The position numbers and the translations under genes were made by a program. Positions 55,573-64,000 of a DNA stretch of 64,000 nucleotides are shown piece by piece. Source of the DNA: an uncultured Phycisphaerales bacterium (GTDB lineage: Bacteria > Planctomycetota > Phycisphaerae > Tepidisphaerales > Tepidisphaeraceae); NCBI GenBank assembly GCA_963844715.1, contig CAWJPJ010000007.1, positions 1,184,001 to 1,248,000 of the forward strand. The letters run 5' to 3'. The notes under the pieces are model-generated. The model worked only from the letters and a program-made list of their open reading frames with translations. It was not told the DNA's origin and did no database searches. Position 1 is the first letter of the stretch; each line of letters starts with the position of its first letter.

Positions 55573-55809
55573 CTACTTCTTCCGTCCGTTCTTGGCTGGT
55601 TTTATTCCACGCTGAACTCCCGTGACCAGGAGCAGATCGAGAGTGACGAACGAATCATCCGCCATTCCAATAGAAATGAGCCGTCCGGAGGCCGACTGGC
55701 CTAACACTTCAGGGTGAAACACGTCATATTTCCGCCCGTCAGCGGTCAGGATCCTAAAAGGTTTGAAGGGTTTTTCTTCCCTTAGGCGTTGAATCTCCTG
55801 GATCGTCAT
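55573..55809 (-). CDS. Small basic hypothetical protein (PFxPF...DG...HP type)
   Basis: MTIQEIQRLREEKPFKPFRILTADGRKYDVFHPE; stop lies 10 bp upstream of the hicB start. Confidence 0.75.
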   Translation of the reverse strand: MTIQEIQRLREEKPFKPFRILTADGRKYDVFHPEVLGQSASGRLISIGMADDSFVTLDLLLVTGVQRGIKPAKNGRKK

Positions 55810-55891
55810 ACAGGTCAAGTATACCAAAATCCGTGCGATAGGAGTGGGAGGTCCGTGTCGTCGGATCTTGACGCACCGGGGGGGAAATCTG

Positions 55892-55944
55892 CCCCTCACC
55901 CTGTCCCATCCTGCGGAAACTAGCGGAGGCATGGGGAGAGGGGA
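55892..55944. repeat. Diverged solo copy of the DUF559-flanking repeat
   Basis: Shares the ends cccctcaccct...gggagagggga; the middle differs. Confidence 0.5.
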
Positions 55945-55953
55945 TAAAAGCGG

Positions 55954-58900
55954 TTAGCTGCACCCCATCGAATTCCCGCAATTCAGGCATTTGTAGCAAG
56001 TCCCGCTGCGGACGGTGATGCTGCCGCACACATCGCACGCCGGGGCATCCGCCTGCAATTCCGAACTCTGCCTGGCTGAGCGGATCGACCACGATCGCCA
56101 GCCGCAAGATTCGGTCGCGATCGAAGGCTCCGCCGGCGCCGGTTGTTTTCGCGGCTTGGATTTCCTCATCGCGTGTACGCGAACGGTCTCGGCCGTGTCC
56201 GGGTCGATGCGGGTCCATGCCCGTTGCCGCCTTTTTTCTTCGGGGCGGCTTCGGTCGTCGCTTCGGCGGAATGCGGATTTGTCCTCGATCTCCGCGGCGG
56301 CGGGGCGAGCGGATTCGCGTTTGGGGGCGTTGGCGGCTTTGTAGCCGTGGACGAATTCCATGGCGAGCCAGCGGAAGATGTAATCGACCAGGCTCTTGGC
56401 AAAGGGGATTTCGGGGTTTCGCGTCAGGCCGGCTGGGCTCGAAGCGGACGTGCTCGAATTTTCTCACCAGGGATTCGACGGGGACGCCGTATTGGAGGCT
56501 GACTGAGACGAGCGTGGCGATGGTGTCCATCAGGCCGCCGATGGTGCTGCCTTCCTTGGCGATGCGGATGAAGATTTCGCCAGGGCTGCCGTCGTCGTAG
56601 AGGCCGACGGTGATGTACCCTTCGTGGCCGCCGACGTCGAACTTGTGGGTCATGGCGTTGCGCGTGTCGGGGAGGCGCCGGCGCAGGGGCGCTCGACGAT
56701 TCGCTCGACGATTTTTTCGACGACATGGGTGTGGGCCGGGGCGAGGTTGTCGCTCGTCGCCGACTTGGCAGCAAAGAGAGCCTTGGCGGCGCTGACCACT
56801 TCCTTGGCTACTTCCTGTCGCGCGGCTTCAACATTTTCCTCGTCGTCATCCTCGGTTTTGTCGAGTTCCTCATCGCTCTTGACGTTCAGCGGCTGGCTGA
56901 GCTTCGAGCCGTCGCGATAGAGGGCGTTGGCCTTCAGGCCCAATTTCCAGCTGAGGTAATAACTGCTCTTGATGTCCTCGACGTTGGCCTCGTTGGGGAG
57001 GTTGATGGTTTTGGAGATGGCGCCGGTGATGAAGGGCTGGGCAGCGGCCATCATGCGGATGTGGCCTTCGACCGGGATGAAGCGTTCGCCGTGGCGGCCG
57101 CACTTGTTGGCGCAATCGAAGACGGGGTAATCGTCCTTGCGGAGATGCGGAGCGCCTTCGACGGTGCCGCGGCCGCAGATGACGTCGTTGGCTTCGTTGA
57201 TCTGCTGCGCGCGAGAATCCGAGGTGCTGAAGCAGATTGAAACCCGGCGCTTTCCAAGCCGATTCGGGGATGTTCAGGCGCTTGAGGGTTTCTGCGCCGA
57301 TGGACCAGGGGCTGAAGGCGAATGAAATCTCGAATTGGCCGGGGAGGGATTCCTCGATTTTGTCCAGTTCCTTCGACGTAAAGCCGAGCTGGCGGAGCGA
57401 TTCGTAATTGATGTGCGGGGCATCGTGGAGGCTCAGGGTGCCCATGACGTAACGGAGAATGTCGTGGACCTGCTCGGCGGCGTAGCCGAGATTCACCAGG
57501 GCCGGGCGGAGGGACTGGTTGGCGATTTTGAAATAACCCCCGCCCGCGAGTTTCTTGAATTTGACGAGGGCAAAATCGGGCTCGACGCCGGTGGTATCGC
57601 AATCCATCAACAGGCCGATGGTTCCTGTCGGAGCGATGACGGTGGTCTGTGCGTTGCGGAAGCCGTGCTTTTCGCCCAGGAGCAGGGCGCGGTCCCAGCA
57701 TTCCTGCGCGGCGCGGAGGAGATGCGAGGAGGCAAGGGGATGATTGTCGGAGAACTGGGAGGCGTCCATGCCGACGGGCTTGATGTCGAGCTGCTCGTAT
57801 TCGCTGAGGCCTTTTTTGGCGGCAGCGTTGTTGGCAACGTCGTAGGCGGCGCGGCGGTGATTGCGGATGACGCGCAGCATGTCGTTCCGGTTTTCCTCGT
57901 AGCCGGCGAAAGCGCCGAGTTCGCGGGCCATTTCGGCGCTGGTGGCGTAGCTTTCGCCCGTCAGAATCGCCGTGAGCGAGGCGCAGATGGCGCGGCCTTT
58001 TTCGCTGTCGTAGGGGATGCCGGCCTGCATGAGCATGGCGCCGAGGTTGGCGTAGCCCAGGCCGAGCGTGCGGTAGCGGTAGCTCTTTTTGGCGATTTCC
58101 TCGGAGGGGAAGCTGGCCATGAGGACGCTGATCTCCAGGACGATGGTCCACAGGCGGATGCCGTGGCGATACCCTTCGACGTCGAAACGGCGAGTTTCGG
58201 GGTCGAAGAAGGTCATCACGTTGAGCGACGCCAGGTTGCACGCCGTGTCGTCGAGGAACATGTATTCGGAGCAGTTGTGGACGGTCAGTCCGTTGGCGAC
58301 GAAGGACTGGGTAACGGGCTCGGAGAGGTCGAAGACCTGCTGACGGCCCAGGGCGGTGAGGGATTCGACGCGGTCAAAATTCTCGGAGGATTGCGGCGCC
58401 GGCGGATTCGACGGCGGCGGATAGATCCTGGAGCTTCTTGCCGGGCATGAGGCTGATGTGCTTCGCGAAGGCGGCGAGATTGCGCGGGTCGACGCGGAGG
58501 GTGAGCCCGTCGCCGGCGAGGATGGCGCTTTGGACGCCGAAGCCGAGCAGGAGCAGTTGCACGTCCTGGAGTAGGCCGGGGCTGTCGAGGCGCAGTTCGA
58601 GATTGCCGTCGATGATGAGGCCGTCGGCGGTGAAGAGAGCGGCCAGAACGTGGCGCTGGGCGGCCAGGCCGGCGGTGAAGGCGTCGTCGCTGAGGCGGCG
58701 CTGGCTGTTGTCATGACGGACATAAGCGCGGAGGCGGCTGAGGAGCCGATGATTGCCGAGAACGGCGGTGGCGGTCCCGCCTTCGCCGGTGGTCTCGGAT
58801 GTGTCCTCGACGTCCTCGTCGCAGAGCATGAGCTGGTTGACGTAGTCGTCGTCGTACCCGGCGCGGTCGCACCAGGTGAGGCGGACGTATTTCCCCAGGG

Positions 58901-60557
58901 GGGCGACCAGTTCGGCGTCGTCGAGGCAGGTATCGAGACGCATGGCGCAGCGCCCCGCGGCCGCAGGGGCGTTGGCGGCTGTAATGAATAGCCCGAGGAG
59001 CTGGAAGAATTGCTCGTCGCGGGGTTGACCGATTTCCAGCACGGCGGCGGTGGCGCCGGGGAGTTTGATCTCGTCCTGATTATTCAATTCGCTTGCCGCG
59101 ACAAAGCCACGATTCCGGGTCCAGACTTTGTGGTCGGCGGTCAGCTTGAGGGTGTAACCTCCGGCGGTGCGGAGTTCGAATACCTCCCGATTTCCGGTCG
59201 GGAATGCGCCTTCGGTGGCGCTGATGAGCTGTTCGTGGAGATTGGTGACCAGACGGCTGGGGAGGTGGATCATCTGGTCGATGCGCCGCCAGATGCCGCC
59301 GGGCGTGAGGACGCGGGTGTCGCCGGTGACGCAGGGATTCGAGGCGTTGATCTTGCCGCTCTTGGGGCAGGTGTGCCACTGATTGATGGTGTCGTCGTAT
59401 TGCACTCCGGGATCGGCGCAGCGCCAGGCGGCGAAGGCGATCTGATCCCACAGATCGCGAGCCTTGACGCTCTTGATGGTTTTCTTGCTGGTGCGGCCGA
59501 CGAGGTTCCAGACGCCGTCTTCCTCGACGGCTTTGAAGAAGCGGTTGGGGATGCGCACGGAGTTGTTGGAGTTCTGTCCGCTGACCGTGATGTAGGCTTC
59601 TCCGTTGAAATCGTAGTCGAGCTTGAGGCCCAGGCGGGCGGCGAGTTCCTTGTTGTCCTTGGGGAGTCGTTTGATTCCCTCGGCCATGGCGGCGACTTTC
59701 AGTTCCTCGCGCACTTTCCAATTGATGAACTGCTCGACATCCGGGTGATCGAGATCAAGGCAGACCATTTTCGCGGCGCGGCGGGTGGTGCCGCCGGACT
59801 TGATCGCGCCGGCGGCGCGATCGCCGATCTTGAGGAAGCTCATCAGCCCGGAGGATTTTCCGCCGCCGGAGAGGGGTTCGTTTTCCCCGCGGAGGCCGCT
59901 GAAGTTGGACCCGGTGCCGCTGCCGTACTTGAAGAGGCGGGCTTCGCGGGTCCAGAGGTCCATGATTCCGCCGGGGTTCACCAGATCGTCATTGACTGAC
60001 TGGATGAAGCACGCATGCGGCTGGGGATGCGTGTAGGCGTCCTTCCCGCGGAGCAGTTCGCCGGTGCGCGGGTCGCAATAGTAATGGCCCTGGGCCGGCC
60101 CGGTGATTCCGTAGGCCCAGTTCAGGCCGGTGTTGAACCATTGCGGGCTGTTGGGGGCGCACATCTGGTGCACGAGCATGTGCGAGAGTTCTTCGTAGAA
60201 GTTCTGGGCGTCCTCGGCCGTGTCAAAATACCCGTATTTTTCGCCCCAATACCGCCAGCAGCCGGCCAGGCGATGGATGACTTCCTTGGCCGAGCGTTCC
60301 GGGCCAGTGACGACGTTGCCCTCGCCATCGCGGATGGGGTTGCCCTGCTCGTCTTTCTGCGGGACTCCCGCCTTGCGGAAATATTTGCTGACCATGATGT
60401 CCGTGGCCAGCTGCGACCAGCTCTTGGGAATCTCGGCGTCGTTCATTTCAAAAACGACGGAGCCGTCCGGATTGGTGATCCGGCTGGTGCGTTTTTCATA
60501 GTCAACGCTGCTGAGGGCGTCCTGGCCCGGCTTGGTAAATCGTCGCGCGATTTTCAT
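55954..60557 (-). CDS. nrdJ: Class II (B12-dependent) ribonucleotide reductase with intein, C-terminal TSCPD-like domain and Zn ribbon (frameshifted)
   Basis: [53 protein letters not shown]...CLNCG..GCS. Confidence 0.93.
58274..59333 (-). mobile_element. Intein at the RNR active-site cysteine, with LAGLIDADG-type remnant
   Basis: [10 protein letters not shown] ... LTADHKVW ... LAALFTADG ... VFDLS...[14 protein letters not shown]. Confidence 0.93.
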
Positions 60558-60641
60558 GGCTAAGAATCCTTCCCAAAACGCAACGGACATCCATCACCGC
60601 ATCGCGACGGCGATGCGATCACGCATACTCTCACGCCGCCC

Positions 60642-61204
60642 TCAGTCCACTTTGGGCAGCGTCAAACCTTTTTGATCCTGATATTTGCCCGCCTTATCGG
60701 CGTAACTTTTTGAACAGACTCGCTCGCCCTTGAGGAAAAACAATTGGGCGATTCCCTCATTGGCATAGATTTTCGCAGGGAGCGGGGTCGTATTGCTGAT
60801 TTCCAGCGTGATCCGGCCGCGCCATTCCGGCTCGATCGGCGTCACGTTGACGATTATTCCGCAGCGGGCGTAGGTGCTCTTGCCGACGCAGATGGCAAGA
60901 TACTCGCGCGGCATGGTAATCGACTCTCGACGGTCTCACAGAGGGCAAAACTGTTGGGCGGGATGAGGACGTGGTCCTGGCGGGTCTCATCGGTGTCGAT
61001 GGTGACGAAACTGCGCTCCGAGAATTTTTTCGGGTCAACGATCTCGGAATTGACGTTGGTGAAAATCTTGAAGACCGAGCCGACCCGGAGGTCGTAGCCG
61101 TAGCTGGAGACTCCGTAACTGATCTTGCCCTGCCGCTTGATGTTTTCCTCAAAGGGTTCGATGCCGATGAGTTCGCGGATTTGAGAGTCGCAGAGTATTC
61201 CCAT
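60642..61204 (-). CDS. dcd: dCTP deaminase (frameshift near 60925)
   Basis: [48 protein letters not shown]. Confidence 0.93.
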
Positions 61205-61466
61205 GAGTGAAAAACCGATCCTCTCCGGCCAATCGTTATCTCGCCGACCGCACCGGCCGGGCTAACCAAGGAGGGGTTGACCCGGCGCGGCGGACTTCCT
61301 GCTGCACTCCGGCATACGGAGGCACGGCGGCTACTACGTCATCATCCTAACGACGCCCTTGAATCCCGCGCGACGTGATCTTCGCGGCACGCCGCCGCCC
61401 AATTCTATGGCCCTTAGGCCGTGGGAGGCAGCTTGACGCCCCGCGCTTGGGGGATTTCGCCAATAT

Positions 61467-61513
61467 ACACAACATCTGGTATTCTTCAACGAAAACTTTA
61501 CTAAATGTAGGGT
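61467..61513. promoter_or_regulatory. Tandem NrdR boxes
   Basis: acacaacatctggtat (61467) and ttactaaatgtagggt (61498) match acaCwAtATaTwGtgt with 31-bp spacing, upstream of dcd-nrdJ. Confidence 0.8.
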
Positions 61514-61651
61514 CTCAGAACCTAAACCAGACTTTAACAATCGCATCATTCTGCGGTTAGAGTAGTGAAGAAATTTTTGATCGCGAGAAGAGATTTTCCT
61601 TGCCTCAATTTATCCACCGAGGCGTGTCGCGGACGGTGCAAAACTTGCGCA

Positions 61652-63030
61652 TTATTTTCTCCCGGAAATCTCGCGAATAACTGCGTCGGCCATCGCGCGG
61701 GCCGGGGTTTGCCAGTCATTCGGCGCGGTTTGGCGGAATAATTTCATGGCCGGATACCACGGCGAATCGTCACGATCCAATAACCATTGAAAACTATTCC
61801 GCCACGGAATAAGGGCAAAGGCTGGTTTGTTCATCGCGCCGGCGAGATGAAGGACGGAAGTGTCGATGCTCACCACCAGATCCAACTGTTCAATCAGCGC
61901 CGCCGTGTCCGCAAAATCGCGCAATTGATCGGTGAAATCAATCAGCGCCATTTCGTCCGACGGCGATTCCTTCGCCCTCGGACCTTTTTGCAAGCTGAAA
62001 AAGCGAGCGGGTTTGACCCTCGCCAGGGCGCTGAAGATTTGAATCGAGTGAGAGCGGAAGCGGGAGCGATCTCCTTCGCTGCCGGCCCAAACCAGTCCGA
62101 TATTCGGTACGCCGTCCCGGGGCACGCGCCCCTTCCATGCAGCGCGCCGGTCGGGAGGTGGGGCAAGATAAGGACAACCACTCGGCTGAGGGGGCGCGGT
62201 GAAACCGAGAGCCAGGGGCAGTCCAGCCAGCGCGGCGTAATAGTCGAAATCGGGTTGGTCCGCGCCGACTGGAATCACTTCATCAGCCAAATGCCCAATG
62301 AGGGGGAGCAAAGGGGATTGGCATTGAAGAATAACCTGCGCACCGCGCCCGCGCAAAATCGGGATGAATCGCGCAAGCCAAAGCGTATCCCCGAATGGCC
62401 CGTCGGCGGAGACGAGGATGCGCTTTCCCGAAGGGTCTGAACCATCCCATTGTCTTGCCGAAAACTTGCTACGAAGCGGATCAATGAGCGGCATCGCAGT
62501 GAAAAATTCCCGCCAGGCTTCATCCGCGCGATCAGTTTTGAGCAGGAGAATAGGGAAATTGACGCGTGCGGCGAAGTTATCGGGGTTCAGGTCGATCGCC
62601 TGGCGGTACTGAGTCTCGGATTCTTCCAATTTCCCGGCGATTTCGAGGCAGAAGGCGAGATGATAGTGCATCTGCGATAAAGCGAGGCGCGCGTTGCCGG
62701 CCATGTTGTGCCGGGCGGCGTTCGCCTGCGCCATGGCGAGCACTTTGCGATGGTAATCCTCCGCCTCGGCAAATTGTGCGGCCATTTCCAGAGCCAGGGC
62801 AAGATAGTGCGAAAATCGGGCCGACCCGGCGCCGATTGCGCAGCTTCCCGCAAGGGGCCGAGGGCGGCGTCCACCTGGTCCTGGCGAACCAGAACCGTGC
62901 CCAGTTCATATTGCCCGACGGAGTCGCCAGGGTTTTCGGCCAGAAGCTCGCGATAGGCCGCTTCGGCTTGGCGCAGATCCCCCGAATCACGGGCGTGGCG
63001 GGCGCGGCTAAGTTGCTCTTGAGGGTCCAT
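61652..63030 (-). CDS. TPR + GT9-like glycosyltransferase (frameshift near 62790)
   Basis: TPRs; WDGS...GKRILV...FGDT...RF, IGLVWAG, DFADTAALIEQLDLVVSIDTSVLHLAGA, SPWYP. Confidence 0.85.
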
Positions 63031-63081
63031 CGCGGATGAGTCGCCTGATCAAGCGAAATGGAAATACTAACGCCTCAAACG

Positions 63082-64000
63082 CTATTCGTCAGGCAACAGC
63101 AGCGCGTAATCGGGGACCGAGCCGTTGGACATGCAGCAGTCGATGATTTGACGGCCGAGGGGCAGGAGATCGGATTCGAGAAATTTCGGGAGTTGTTTGT
63201 GGAAGAAATCCTGGAGGATGCCGGCGCCTTTGTCGTAGGCGTCTTCGCCGATCTCGGGTTGCAGTTCGGTGCGGAGGAAGGAATTTCCGATGGCCTGGCC
63301 TTCGACCATGATGTTTTTCAAAGCCCAACCCAGGAGCGGACAGCGGGAGGCTTCGATCTGCTCGGGCTTAAAGGTGGCGCTGCCCCGGCGGGCGAGGTAT
63401 TCGCGGGTGATCCACTGCGGCATGAAGCCGACTTTCCACGCGCCGACGTGCTGATTGGGAGTGAGGATATAACGCGTGCGCGGCGTGCGGGCGATTTGCT
63501 GGAGCAGGAGATTGGCTTGATCGACGCGCCGGCCGGTGGCGAAGGGCCAATAGCTGCCGACGCCTTCAGAGCCCATCTGTTCGTTGTCCATGATGCTCGG
63601 ATTGTCATGCCCGCGCGGGGCGACGAGTCGCCAGAGCCAGGCAAGTGCCGGCGGAAGGACGTGAAAGAAACCGATGATGCCGTAGTTGGGGGTTTCAGCG
63701 GTGCACGGCGGGCAGCGGACGCCGAAGCTGCGGATGTCGACCGTGACCGGGCCATCGACCACGTCGGGGACGGCATCGCGCGGAATCACGACGCGCGGAT
63801 TGGGGCACGGCTTCCCCGGCGCGTCCATCGTGTGCTCCCAGATCAAAGCGCGGCTTCCAGGCACGGCGTCGATATTCAAAAAGAGCAGCGGGCGTGGGGG
63901 CGCGATCGTCAGGGCCTCGAGATGCGGATCGATTCCGTATCGAGAAATATGATTGATGCGGACGAACCAGGCGTCCTCGGCGTCCATGAGCGTAAGTTTT
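63082..64000 (-). CDS. DUF4914-like protein (5' part outside window)
   Basis: DAEDAWFVR, EH..DAPGKPCPNPRV, SFGVR.PP, WLWRLVAPRG..NPSI, EGVGSYWPF. Confidence 0.7.
   Translation of the reverse strand, partial: KLTLMDAEDAWFVRINHISRYGIDPHLEALTIAPPRPLLFLNIDAVPGSRALIWEHTMDAPGKPCPNPRVVIPRDAVPDVVDGPVTVDIRSFGVRCPPCTAETPNYGIIGFFHVLPPALAWLWRLVAPRGHDNPSIMDNEQMGSEGVGSYWPFATGRRVDQANLLLQQIARTPRTRYILTPNQHVGAWKVGFMPQWITREYLARRGSATFKPEQIEASRCPLLGWALKNIMVEGQAIGNSFLRTELQPEIGEDAYDKGAGILQDFFHKQLPKFLESDLLPLGRQIIDCCMSNGSVPDYALLLPDE

Noticed and set aside
61205..61460. Cobalamin riboswitch upstream of the B12-dependent RNR
   Set aside because: The conserved B12-box and core motifs are not visible on either strand.
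1892..63030. Mass pseudogenisation or programmed frameshifting in many genes
   Set aside because: Single-base indels also hit essential genes (pheT, fusA, lspA, nrdJ), often near homopolymers, with no other decay. This is typical of long-read assembly error.

Overview
GC-rich bacterial chromosomal segment, most consistent with Planctomycetota/Phycisphaerae (inferred from the PilM-led gene trio, PEP-CTERM, DUF4159/MoxR, short PheT and PVC-type small proteins). Many genes, including essential ones (pheT, fusA, nrdJ, dcd, lspA), carry single-base frameshifts, so this is almost certainly an unpolished long-read assembly; I treat the split ORFs as intact genes. Content is mostly housekeeping or metabolic: nth, queE, MoxR, pilM cluster, mtaB, dtd, comM/yifB, a tandem TPR-GT41, putA, a GH50-like hydrolase, fusA, GH28-PEP-CTERM, ribD, lspA, dksA, pheT, tRNA-Glu, amrS, intein-containing class II RNR and dcd under tandem NrdR boxes. 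There are also two IS5-family elements. The signals most worth following up are: (1) a DUF559 nuclease gene bracketed by ~41-bp palindromic inverted repeats, with a related solo copy, plus two other REP-like hairpin families, one hit by an IS; (2) a ~350-nt structured leader with uORFs ahead of a stand-alone EF-G; (3) an orphan HicB paired with a small uncharacterised protein; (4) an active-site RNR intein with a decayed homing endonuclease; (5) G/C-skew domains independent of gene orientation.
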